Assembly (NCBI GenBank): GCA_027319565.1
Contig: DAHVNA010000008.1
Span: forward strand, 1-54,215
Origin: Elusimicrobiota bacterium
Lineage (GTDB): Bacteria > Elusimicrobiota > Elusimicrobia > UBA1565 > UBA9628
Length of the DNA stretch: 54,215 bases
Direction of reading: 5' to 3'
Below, one piece after another: positions 1-8,593 of the stretch. The notes beneath the pieces were generated by a model. The model saw only the letters and a program-made list of their open reading frames with translations. It was not told the DNA's origin and did no database searches. The position numbers and the translations under genes were made by a program. Positions within the stretch are counted from its first letter, which is position 1; the number at the start of each line of letters is the position of its first letter.

Positions 1-1158
1 AAACATATTCCCACTCTCAAGACAGCTTTAAACGTTCCTATCGGAGAAAACAAGAACTTTTGGCTGGAATTGGGCCCGGTTCCCGATTCTCCGAGGCCCG
101 ATTCCGCGACGCTGATCTACACTTCGGGCACGACCGGTTTCCCCAAGGGCGCGGAATTGACCCATCGCAATTATCTTTTTGACGTCGAAAAGTTTGTCGC
201 GGCGACCCAGATGAACGAATCAGACCGGTTTTTGTGTTTCCTCCCGCTTTTTCATGTCAACGCCCAAGTCGTCACCCTGTTGTCTCCGCTCTATTGCGGC
301 GGGGCGATGGTCTTGATGGACAAATTCTCGCCGAAAGAATTCTTTGAAACTCTTTCCTCAAAAAAAGCCACCGCCTTTAGCGGAGTTCCCTCGGTTTACT
401 CCGTCCTTTTGGGAGTTCCGGAATCCGCCAACTACGATTTATCCTCTCTTCGCTTTTGCATCTGCGGCGCCGCTCCGATGCCGGTCGAGATTTTTGAGCG
501 CTTTGAGAAAAAATTTAACGCCTATATCCTGGAGGGATACGGGCTTTCCGAGGGCACCTGCGTTTCCTCGATCAACCCGCCGCCGCCCCAAAAAAGAAAA
601 ATCGGCTCCATCGGACTTTCCCTAAAAAATCAGGAAATGAAGATTCTAGACGCCCAGGGTCAAGAGCTCCCGCGGGGAGAAACCGGAGAAATCGCCGTCA
701 AAGGCGAAAATGTCATGAAAGGCTATTGGAATAATCCCGAGGCCACACAAAAGACCGTCAAAAACGGCTGGCTTTACACCGGAGACTTGGGATACCAAGA
801 CCAGGACGGGTTTTTCTTTATCGTCGGGCGCTCTAAAGAGATGATTATCCGCGGCGGAGAAAATATTTATCCCAAGGAAGTCGAAGAAGCCCTCTATCGC
901 CACCCGTTAATCCTTGAGGCCGCCGTGATCGGGCTGCCCAATGAGCGCTGGGGAGAAGAAGTGGCGGCCTTTGTCGTTTTAAAAGAAGGCCGCAGTTTAA
1001 GCGCCAAAGAGATCCGCGAATTTATTAAAGATAAAATCGCCGATTATAAAATTCCGCGCCGAATCGAGATTGTTTCTTTGCTTCCCAAAACGGCGACTGG
1101 AAAAATCCAAAAACTAAAACTAAGAGCTGAAATACTAGCCCGGGAGAAACTCAAATAA
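1..1158 (+). CDS. Long-chain fatty acid--CoA ligase (ANL superfamily), 5'-truncated by the window
   Basis: AMP-binding motif YTSGTTGFPKG, plus EGYGLSE, GWLYTGDLG and C-terminal LPKTATGKIQK. The frame is open from base 1 (KHIPTLKTALNV...), so the true start lies outside the window. Confidence 0.92.
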   Translation, partial: KHIPTLKTALNVPIGENKNFWLELGPVPDSPRPDSATLIYTSGTTGFPKGAELTHRNYLFDVEKFVAATQMNESDRFLCFLPLFHVNAQVVTLLSPLYCGGAMVLMDKFSPKEFFETLSSKKATAFSGVPSVYSVLLGVPESANYDLSSLRFCICGAAPMPVEIFERFEKKFNAYILEGYGLSEGTCVSSINPPPPQKRKIGSIGLSLKNQEMKILDAQGQELPRGETGEIAVKGENVMKGYWNNPEATQKTVKNGWLYTGDLGYQDQDGFFFIVGRSKEMIIRGGENIYPKEVEEALYRHPLILEAAVIGLPNERWGEEVAAFVVLKEGRSLSAKEIREFIKDKIADYKIPRRIEIVSLLPKTATGKIQKLKLRAEILAREKLK

Positions 1159-2474
1159 GAAATTTTGATATTGTCGTCATCGGCGGCGGAATCACGGGCG
1201 CGGGGCTGGCCCGCGATTTATCCATGCGCGGGCTTAAAACGCTTATCCTTGAAAAAAAATCCTTCGGGCAAGCGACCACGGCCTCATCTTCCCATATGAT
1301 CCACGGCGGGCTCCGCTACTTAATGTATGATCGGCTCACCACTCAAATTACTTGTTGGGATTCCGGAAACATTCTTCAAATCGCCCAAAAAAATCTCATC
1401 CGCCTGCCGATTATTTGGCCCGTCTATCAAGGCCATGCCCATGGAATTGAAACGGTCGAAACCCTGCTAGAATCTTACGATCAATTTCAGCCCATGAAAG
1501 GCGGGCTCAGGCATTTAAGGCTCTCCAAAGAAGAAACCCTTTCCTTGATTCCCGGACTTAGAGCGGAAGGCCTCATCGGAGCGGTTTCTTTTGATGAATG
1601 GTGGGTTAATCCGGTAGAGCTGGTTAAAAAAAATCTTGAATCCGCCCGGAGATACGGAGCTCAAATCGAGGAAGGGCGCGGGCTTGATGAATTTATTTTA
1701 AAAGACCGCCGAATAATCGGCCTTAAATCGAATGGAGAAGAAATTCACGCAAAAATTCTCATCAACGCCGCCGGCCCCTGGATTGACGAAGTGGCAGGTT
1801 TGGCCGATATCCGGATCCCGCTTCGCCTTCAAAAGGGAACGCATCTGGTCTATCAAGAGAAACTGATCCCCTTTGGCCTTCTCCTTCAAACCATGGACCA
1901 ACGATATATTTTCGTCATTCCCTCCCCGCAGGGAACCTTAATTGGCCCAACCGATATCGCCACCGATGAAAAGCCCGGAGAGATCAAGACCTCCCAAGAA
2001 GAAATCCAATATCTTCTTAAAACCGCCCTCCACTATTTGCCGTCATTGCCGGTCCAATACGATTCAACCGTCGTCGGCGCGCGCCCAATTTTAGCGCAAA
2101 AAGGAAACGAAAAACTCCTCTCGCGCGGCTTTGAGGTTTTAGATCACGAAAAACGGGACAATCTTGCGGGTTTGATCACGATCGGCGGAGGCAAGATGTC
2201 GGATTTTAGGCTCATGGCCGAAGAGACGGCAAATCTCGCCTGCGTAAAACTGGGAATTAAAAATCCTTGCCGCACCTCTCTTGAAACCTTGGACGGAGAG
2301 GCGCTTTCTCCCTCTTCATTTAAGCGTCCCTCGTCCATTCTTCAAGGTTTCTTAAAAACCCGCCCCCATTTGAGAGAAGCGCACGCCTTTTCCCATCTGG
2401 CTTTCGCCTTTTTAAAACACCTGGCCCACTCTCATCCAAAAGGCCCGGAGTTTAAGTCTTATTATTCCGTTTAG
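1155..2474 (+). CDS. FAD-dependent glycerol-3-phosphate dehydrogenase/oxidase family protein (GlpD/GlpA-like)
   Basis: Motifs SSHMIHGGLRYL, INAAGPW, KGTHLV, LIGPTD and GARP. The Rossmann motif FDIVVIGGGITGAGLARDL lies upstream of the track's ATG (1224), so the start is placed at ATA 1155 (see findings). Confidence 0.85.
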   Translation: MRNFDIVVIGGGITGAGLARDLSMRGLKTLILEKKSFGQATTASSSHMIHGGLRYLMYDRLTTQITCWDSGNILQIAQKNLIRLPIIWPVYQGHAHGIETVETLLESYDQFQPMKGGLRHLRLSKEETLSLIPGLRAEGLIGAVSFDEWWVNPVELVKKNLESARRYGAQIEEGRGLDEFILKDRRIIGLKSNGEEIHAKILINAAGPWIDEVAGLADIRIPLRLQKGTHLVYQEKLIPFGLLLQTMDQRYIFVIPSPQGTLIGPTDIATDEKPGEIKTSQEEIQYLLKTALHYLPSLPVQYDSTVVGARPILAQKGNEKLLSRGFEVLDHEKRDNLAGLITIGGGKMSDFRLMAEETANLACVKLGIKNPCRTSLETLDGEALSPSSFKRPSSILQGFLKTRPHLREAHAFSHLAFAFLKHLAHSHPKGPEFKSYYSV

Positions 2475-2592
2475 CCGCCCCATCATTCAGCTTTATTGCT
2501 TTAGCGAATTTTCTGGGGCACCCACAACTACTTCCAACCACAGCGCTTCAGCTATTCGTTTCCCGTCAACGTAAATGAGCGTTAAAAATTTT

Positions 2593-4137
2593 TTATTCAG
2601 AGGTAACCCGAAAAACTTCTTCAACGCTGGTCAGGCCGCTCCCAACAGATTTTAGCCCAATTGCCCTCAAATTTTTAAATCCCTTGCTTTGGAGAAATTG
2701 ATAAATTTCCGCGAGGCTTGCCCCTGAATAAATGGCATGCTTCAGGGGTTCGGTCATAGATAGAAGTTCAAAAATTCCGGATCGGCCGGAATATCCAGTC
2801 CCGTGACAATCACGGCAGCCTTTGGCCCTATAAAAAACTGTTTGGGATGAATCTCGTCGATTTGAGGACAGTTCTCGCGCCAATCGTTCGGGAAGTTTGT
2901 AAGGCTCTTTACAGGAATTGCATAGAAGCCGCAGCAAGCGCTGCGCTAGAACTCCAATTACGGTTGATGCGATGAGATAAGGCTCGATGCCCATGTCTCT
3001 CAATCGGGTTAAGGCGCTTGGCGCATCGTTGGTGTGAAGACTTGAAAGAACAAGGTGTCCAGTTAAAGACGCTTTCATCGCTGTTTCGGCTGTTTCTTTG
3101 TCCCTGATTTCGCCTACCATAATCACGTCAGGATCTTGGCGTAAGGCGGCTCTCAACCCAGAAGCAAAAGTAAACCCGATTTTGGGGTTCACCTGGACTT
3201 GAGTAATCCCGATCTCATTTCCCGCTCCTCCAGAGAGAATCTCGTATTCCACTGGGTCTTCAAGCGTGATAATGTTTTTTAAAGGGGAGCGTAGACGGTT
3301 GAGAGTGGCGTAAAGCGTACTGGTTTTTCCGCTTCCCGTTGGTCCCGTGACTAAAATCAATCCGTGGGGTTTTTCCACTAAAGATTCGAATATCCCCTGC
3401 GTTTCAGGGTCAAAACCAAGTCTATCCAGGCCAAAGTTTAAACTCGATTTATCTAAAATCCGAATTACAATTTTTTCTCCGTATTTTCCAGGCAAGGTTG
3501 ACACTCTAAAATCTATTTCTCTGTCGCGATGCGTCTGGTGGAATTGCCCATCTTGGGGCAGGCGTTTTTCCGCGATGTCTAGTCCGGCCATCACCTTAAT
3601 ACGGGATGACACGGAGGCCTGGAGAGACTTCGGAAATGAGTGAACGGTGTTGAGCACCCCATCCACTCTCAAACGCGCAAAAAAACTCCGGCTTTGCGGT
3701 TCGATGTGAATATCGCTGGCTTTTCCATCAATAGCGATATCAATGAGCTTATCGACAATGCTTCCAGCTTCGGGGATACCTGATTTTTTAGAGTTGCTGA
3801 TAAGAAATGAAAGTCCAAAAGCATCGGAGGTTATATCGATCCCTAAGCCTTCAAAAGAGCGAGTTAGGCTCTCGATAATTTCCGTTGATGAAGCTGAGAA
3901 GACTTCCGGCTCATATCCTGTTAAAATCCGGACTTGATTCATGCTGGCAATGTCATCGGGATCGGCCATGGCGACTAAAAGTTTTCCATCCCGCAAGTCG
4001 AAGGGCAACATCTGGTGACGTCGCATCATTTCGTAAGGAATTAACTTAAGAATGTTGTGTGGAATCTTTCGGGAGAGTAAATCCACTGTTCGTCTCGGCG
4101 TCGCGCCCGCGTTTTCCCGCGCGGAGGAATCATCCAT
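2593..4137 (-). CDS. GspE/PilB-family secretion/pilus extension ATPase
   Basis: ASDIHIEP, Walker A GPTGSGKT, TLEDPVE, LRQDPDVIMVGEIRD, His box TGHLVLSSLHTN, and tetracysteine CNSC...CRDC. Start set at ATG 4137, which is preceded by AAGGA and overlaps the upstream stop. Confidence 0.93.
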   Translation of the reverse strand: MDDSSARENAGATPRRTVDLLSRKIPHNILKLIPYEMMRRHQMLPFDLRDGKLLVAMADPDDIASMNQVRILTGYEPEVFSASSTEIIESLTRSFEGLGIDITSDAFGLSFLISNSKKSGIPEAGSIVDKLIDIAIDGKASDIHIEPQSRSFFARLRVDGVLNTVHSFPKSLQASVSSRIKVMAGLDIAEKRLPQDGQFHQTHRDREIDFRVSTLPGKYGEKIVIRILDKSSLNFGLDRLGFDPETQGIFESLVEKPHGLILVTGPTGSGKTSTLYATLNRLRSPLKNIITLEDPVEYEILSGGAGNEIGITQVQVNPKIGFTFASGLRAALRQDPDVIMVGEIRDKETAETAMKASLTGHLVLSSLHTNDAPSALTRLRDMGIEPYLIASTVIGVLAQRLLRLLCNSCKEPYKLPERLARELSSNRRDSSQTVFYRAKGCRDCHGTGYSGRSGIFELLSMTEPLKHAIYSGASLAEIYQFLQSKGFKNLRAIGLKSVGSGLTSVEEVFRVTSE

Positions 4138-4522
4138 GGGAAATTCCTTTTTCATCGGCGATCGGGAAAAATTTGCTGAGTATCCGCATGAATTCATCGT
4201 AGTCGATGGGTTTTGTCACGTATTCATTGGCGCCGCTTTCCCATCCACGCATTTCTTCAATCTGTTGATTTTTTGCGGTAAGCATAATGACAGGGAGAGC
4301 CTTGGTTTTAGGGTCATCCCGAAGAGCTCGGCAAACCTGCCACCCGTCCATCTTTGGCATCATCACATCAAGGATCACAAGATCAGGATTCTGAGTCCGT
4401 GCCGCGTCCAAGCCAGAGGTTCCGTTGATCGCTTCAAGAATTTCATATCCCCCTTTCTGAAGGCGCGCCCTGAGAATTTCCCGATTATCGGAATCATCAT
4501 CCACGATCAAGATTTTAGGCAC
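4130..4522 (-). CDS. Single-domain response regulator (receiver only)
   Basis: KILIVDDD, DLVILDVMMP, MLTA and YVTKP. No output domain. Confidence 0.93.
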   Translation of the reverse strand: MPKILIVDDDSDNREILRARLQKGGYEILEAINGTSGLDAARTQNPDLVILDVMMPKMDGWQVCRALRDDPKTKALPVIMLTAKNQQIEEMRGWESGANEYVTKPIDYDEFMRILSKFFPIADEKGISHG

Positions 4523-4898
4523 TGGGTTTACCCTTTCTGATCCAGCATTCCGCTTTACTGATCACTTCGCTTGGAAGGCACGGCTTAGACAGGTAATCAT
4601 CGCAGCCGGATTCTAAGGCCTTATCCTTGTCCCCCTGCATCGCATGCGCTGTAAAAGCTACGATGGGGATCGCTCGGGTTTCCACAATAAGGCGTAGTTG
4701 TTTTGCCGCTTCCCACCCGCTTAACTCTGGCATCGAAAGATCCATAAATATCATGTCCGGCTTTTCTTTAACAGCGAGGGCGATCACTTCTCGGCCATTT
4801 TTCGCCTCAAGAACACGATAGCCTTTATACTGCAAGGCATCCCTAACAATAGTTCTATTATCAAAATCGTCGTCGGCGACTAAAATAGACGCGCTCAC
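4515..4898 (-). CDS. Single-domain response regulator (DivK-like receiver)
   Basis: ILVADDD, DMIFMDLSMP, AFTAHAM and GCDDYLSKP. Confidence 0.93.
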   Translation of the reverse strand: MSASILVADDDFDNRTIVRDALQYKGYRVLEAKNGREVIALAVKEKPDMIFMDLSMPELSGWEAAKQLRLIVETRAIPIVAFTAHAMQGDKDKALESGCDDYLSKPCLPSEVISKAECWIRKGKPSA

Positions 4899-6835
4899 TT
4901 CTTGGTCTTCTCCACTTCTAGTATTTTCTGTCTTAGCCGTCCGAGAATTTGAGCCGTATCCAATGGATTTTCTCCGGAGATAATTTCAACTCTCCTTTCT
5001 AGATATTCCATTTTCTGGGGAGTGAGGCCCTTAGAGACGACGGCGAATACGGGAAAATTCTTGAGCCGGAGGTCCTTCTCTATGGATTCCAAAATTTCAA
5101 AGCCCTTAATATCTGGATGCATGAGGTTCACAAAGAGGACATCAGGCTTATCTTTTCCCATCAAGCAAGAAAGGGCCTCTCCGGATTCCGTGGCTAGCTG
5201 AATGGGATACCCTTCCATGCTTAAGGCGTCCTTAAGCGGCTTTAAAGAGGTGGCATCATCAGCATCGACCAGTAATACTTTCAAGCGTCCAGAGGCAAGT
5301 TTATTGGGGGCGAGCCGACGTTCAAGCTCGCCAAGTTTTTCTAGAAGAGCTTGACGCTCGAAAGGTTTTACCATGTAATCCGTGATCCCCAGGGAAAATC
5401 CTAGGGCCTTGTTCTCCATAATAGAGACGATCATCACTGGAATGTCACGCAATTCCGCGTCATTTTTTAGGATTTGAAGGATGGACCAGCCATCGCGGTG
5501 AGGCATGAGAATATCAAGCGTGATTACAAACGGACGCAGTTGGCGGGCAAGCGCCACGCCCTCTTCGCCACTTTGGGCTCCAATAAATGCATAGCCTGTT
5601 CCCTTGAGACTATCTTTAAGAAGGGTCAGGACTTCGGCGTCATCATCAATGGCCAAGAGAACTTTTTGGCCTAATGTAGTTGCTGCGGATGTGACTGGCA
5701 AAACTTCGGCAGTTTGCTGTACATTTGTCGTCTGTAATCCCAAAGGCAATTCAACCGTAAATGTGGATCCAACTCCTAGCGTACTAGAAACATGAATCGT
5801 GCCCCCTAGAAGTTCCGCTAATTTTCGGCTGATCGAGAGCCCAAGGCCGGTTCCTCCATATTTTCTCGTTGAAGAGGAATCCAACTGTTTGAATTCCTCA
5901 AAGAGAAGAGGGATATCTTTTTGAGCGATGCCAATTCCCGTGTCTTTGATTTCCAGCGTCATTCGAGAATTTTCAGGAGATACTCGGGCCGTGATTTTAA
6001 CTGAGCCATTTTCAGTGAATTTAATGGCGTTTGCTGAAAGATTAATCAAGATTTGTTTTAGTTTAGTCTTATCCGTATGCGCAACAAAATCTTCTTTAAT
6101 TTCGCAGATGATCTGTAGTTTTTTCGCTGCTGCCAATGCTCCAATCGTATCAATCACTTCAGAAATTAAATCTTTAATTCCGCAATCCTCAAGATATACT
6201 GGCATCCTGCCAGCATTAAGCTTGGAAATATCCAGGATGTTGTTGATAAGTTGAAGAAGATTTTTAGCATTGACCTCCACTCTGCGGAGTCCTTTTTCTT
6301 GTTTTTCAGGAACTTCTCCATACACGCGGTCTAGAATAAGGCTCGTGTAGCCGATAATCGCATTAAGCGGAGTTCTTAATTCATGACTCATGTTCGCTAA
6401 GAATTCGGATTTAAGACGACTGATTTCCTGCAGCTCATCCACTTTACGGTTCAACCCGCTTTTTTCAAGTGCTTTTTTAACTATGTGGAGGAGCTCGTTT
6501 TTTTCAAAAGGTTTAGCGATGTAATCGTAAGCGCCGTGTTTCATGCTCTCCAATGCTGTTTCTACGCTGGTTTCGCCAGTGAGCATGATCACCTCAAGCT
6601 GTGGATGAATTTCCTTGAGCAAGGTGAGAGTCGTAATTCCTCCTATCCCCGGCATGGATATGTCAACCAGTGCCACATCTGGAGAATTGTTTTTTGCTAA
6701 GCGGATTGCTTCTTCCCCGCTGGAGGCGGTGAGAGTTTTATATCCCGTTTGTTCGAGGATGCGTTTCAATAACTCGCGGATTGATTCATTGTCATCCACA
6801 ATCAACGCCATTTTAACTTTAGATTGGATTTCCAT
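4895..6835 (-). CDS. Cytoplasmic hybrid histidine kinase (REC-HisKA-HATPase-REC-pseudoREC)
   Basis: N-terminal receiver, H-box FLANMSHELRTPL, N-box QILINLSANAIKFT, G-boxes DTGIGI and GGTGLGL, then two C-terminal receiver-like domains. No TM or PAS segment is evident. Confidence 0.93.
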   Translation of the reverse strand: MEIQSKVKMALIVDDNESIRELLKRILEQTGYKTLTASSGEEAIRLAKNNSPDVALVDISMPGIGGITTLTLLKEIHPQLEVIMLTGETSVETALESMKHGAYDYIAKPFEKNELLHIVKKALEKSGLNRKVDELQEISRLKSEFLANMSHELRTPLNAIIGYTSLILDRVYGEVPEKQEKGLRRVEVNAKNLLQLINNILDISKLNAGRMPVYLEDCGIKDLISEVIDTIGALAAAKKLQIICEIKEDFVAHTDKTKLKQILINLSANAIKFTENGSVKITARVSPENSRMTLEIKDTGIGIAQKDIPLLFEEFKQLDSSSTRKYGGTGLGLSISRKLAELLGGTIHVSSTLGVGSTFTVELPLGLQTTNVQQTAEVLPVTSAATTLGQKVLLAIDDDAEVLTLLKDSLKGTGYAFIGAQSGEEGVALARQLRPFVITLDILMPHRDGWSILQILKNDAELRDIPVMIVSIMENKALGFSLGITDYMVKPFERQALLEKLGELERRLAPNKLASGRLKVLLVDADDATSLKPLKDALSMEGYPIQLATESGEALSCLMGKDKPDVLFVNLMHPDIKGFEILESIEKDLRLKNFPVFAVVSKGLTPQKMEYLERRVEIISGENPLDTAQILGRLRQKILEVEKTKK

Positions 6836-7028
6836 TGGAGATCATCCTAAAATAGAGACCCTTCAAACCGATTGCGATAAGCTGCCTTGATTCTTTGGGT
6901 CACCATGGTCAACACTATAGAACTAAGTCCCAATAAATAGTGCAATATGACATTGCATTCTAACACAAATTAAAGGCTGTAGTCATGTCAAATAAGACGA
7001 CCAGGAATCGCTGGTCGCCTTCGCCGTT

Positions 7029-7037
7029 TGATAGAAT
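7029..7037 (+). promoter_or_regulatory. Candidate extended -10 promoter (TGa-TAGAAT) for a probably leaderless phosphoesterase mRNA
   Basis: TG at 7029-7030, TAGAAT at 7032-7037, then 6 nt to ATG 7044. No Shine-Dalgarno sequence. Confidence 0.5.
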
Positions 7038-7043
7038 AATTCC

Positions 7044-7922
7044 ATGATTAATTTAATTTTTCTCATCGCGCTCATGATTCAACCGGTTTTTGCCGCCATT
7101 AAACCCGAAAAAACCGCGAAAAAAATTCCGCCTTTTCATAAAGTTTTAATCGTCATCTTTGAAAACACGAATTATCAAGACGCGGCCAAGCAACCGTTTA
7201 TGGCTTCTCTCGCAAAAAAAGGCGCGCTTCTCCAAAATTATCATGCCGTCACTCATCCCTCGTTGCCAAACTATCTCGCCCTGACCTCGGGAAACACCTG
7301 GGGAATCCATGATGATAACGACGCCACTCTTCAAGTTCGCCATATCGGCGATTTATTGGATGAGGCCCACAAAAGCTGGAAGGTGTACGCCGAGGCCTAT
7401 CCGGGAAAACCAGGGAAATGTTTTCTGGGATCTTACGCCGGGACATATGCGCGAAAACACGTGCCAATGCTCAGTTACAAAGACATTCAAAAAAGCCCGG
7501 CCCTGTGCGACAAAATCGTCAACGCAAAAGAGTTTTTCAATGATTTCCAAAAAAAATCGCTTCCGGATTTCGCTCTTTATATTCCAGACTTAAAGAATGA
7601 CGCGCACAATACCAATGCTCGCTACGCGGACCGCTGGTTTAAAAAGGCTTTTGGCCCGCTTATCTCCCAATGGCCTAAAAACGAGATCCTCATCTTTACT
7701 TTCGATGAAGACGGCTCTTATAATGTCCGCACCCACGGGTTTAACAAAAGCGCCAACCGCGTCTTGACGGTATTCTATGGACAAGGAGTGCGCCGCAGCG
7801 CGGTCTCAAGAAAGTGGTATAGCCATTACAGTCTACTCAAGACTGTCGAAGCGGCTTTGGGGCTTAAGAGCTTAGGACAAAAAGATAAACCGGCTTCCAT
7901 CATCAACGATATTTGGAACTAG
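7044..7922 (+). CDS. Secreted phosphoesterase / acid phosphatase (phosphoesterase family, alkaline phosphatase superfamily)
   Basis: Signal peptide (..VFA), then KVLIVIFEN, THPSLPNYLALTSG, YARKH, NDAH, IFTFDE and YSHYSLLKTVE. Confidence 0.85.
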   Translation: MINLIFLIALMIQPVFAAIKPEKTAKKIPPFHKVLIVIFENTNYQDAAKQPFMASLAKKGALLQNYHAVTHPSLPNYLALTSGNTWGIHDDNDATLQVRHIGDLLDEAHKSWKVYAEAYPGKPGKCFLGSYAGTYARKHVPMLSYKDIQKSPALCDKIVNAKEFFNDFQKKSLPDFALYIPDLKNDAHNTNARYADRWFKKAFGPLISQWPKNEILIFTFDEDGSYNVRTHGFNKSANRVLTVFYGQGVRRSAVSRKWYSHYSLLKTVEAALGLKSLGQKDKPASIINDIWN

Positions 7923-8593
7923 CCTTGAGATTTCGTCGCGATCAATTGCGGCCAGATGGGAACCAGCGAATTAATAAAGGAATTCGTGATATCGGTAATC
8001 GCTGACAGGCGATCCAAACCCTGATAGGTCATTGAAGCCGACCAAAGGACCTGTCCGGTTTGAACGTCCACCATCCGAGACACCATCGACACCTGGGCCG
8101 CGGAAGTGACAATCTGAGACCCGGGAACGCCCATCACCGAGCCCTGCGAATAGACATTGTTGCCCGGAATAGGAGTCATCCCGTAGCCGTACATGCCGGG
8201 ATAACCGACCGCCGGGTATCCCGCCGCACCGGTAACGACATAACTTTGACTGGGAGCGCTGGCGACCACGCTTCCGACAAAAAGAGCGTCAACGCCGAGA
8301 ATCTTTCCCACCTGATGGACTGTGGAGGGATCCAAAATCCCCGAGGCGGCTAGGTGATTTTCATTTAAAATTGCGTTCAGCTGTTGCCGTTCAATGACGT
8401 TGGCCCCATGCGCGACCAATGCCTGGGTCATCATATCTGCCGCCGCGTTTCCATCAGACCCGCTAAAGCCCACGACGGCGACCCGGTGAATGGAGGCGAA
8501 ATCAAAGTGCGGGTTATAGGCTACGTTGGGAGCCGAGGAACACCCAATGACAGAGAGAGAAGCAATTAAGAAAAGAAAAGATGCTTTTCTCAT
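7919..8593 (-). CDS. CsgG/HfaB (LpoB-like fold) lipoprotein
   Basis: Lipobox VIGC, plus RVAVVGF, VIERQQLNAILNE, VGKILGVDALFVGSV and RMVDVQTGQVLWS. Confidence 0.75.
   Translation of the reverse strand: MRKASFLFLIASLSVIGCSSAPNVAYNPHFDFASIHRVAVVGFSGSDGNAAADMMTQALVAHGANVIERQQLNAILNENHLAASGILDPSTVHQVGKILGVDALFVGSVVASAPSQSYVVTGAAGYPAVGYPGMYGYGMTPIPGNNVYSQGSVMGVPGSQIVTSAAQVSMVSRMVDVQTGQVLWSASMTYQGLDRLSAITDITNSFINSLVPIWPQLIATKSQG

Noticed and set aside
2477..2519. Imperfect hairpin GCCCCA...TGGGGC between convergent genes, as a terminator or ncRNA
   Set aside because: The stem is interrupted, has no adjoining U-tract, and matches no RNA family I recognise.
4130..4197. Frameshift fusing the receiver to the PilB ATPase at AAAAAG
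   Set aside because: The frame relation is +1, not -1. An SD-preceded ATG at 4137 explains the overlap.
2531..6883. Loose similarity of CTTCCAACCAC.. (2531) and CTTCAAACCGA.. (6861) as att sites of an island
   Set aside because: Too degenerate, and there is no integrase or tRNA target.
7919..7922. Convergent genes sharing a CTAG double-stop overlap
   Set aside because: A common feature of compact genomes, with no further signal.
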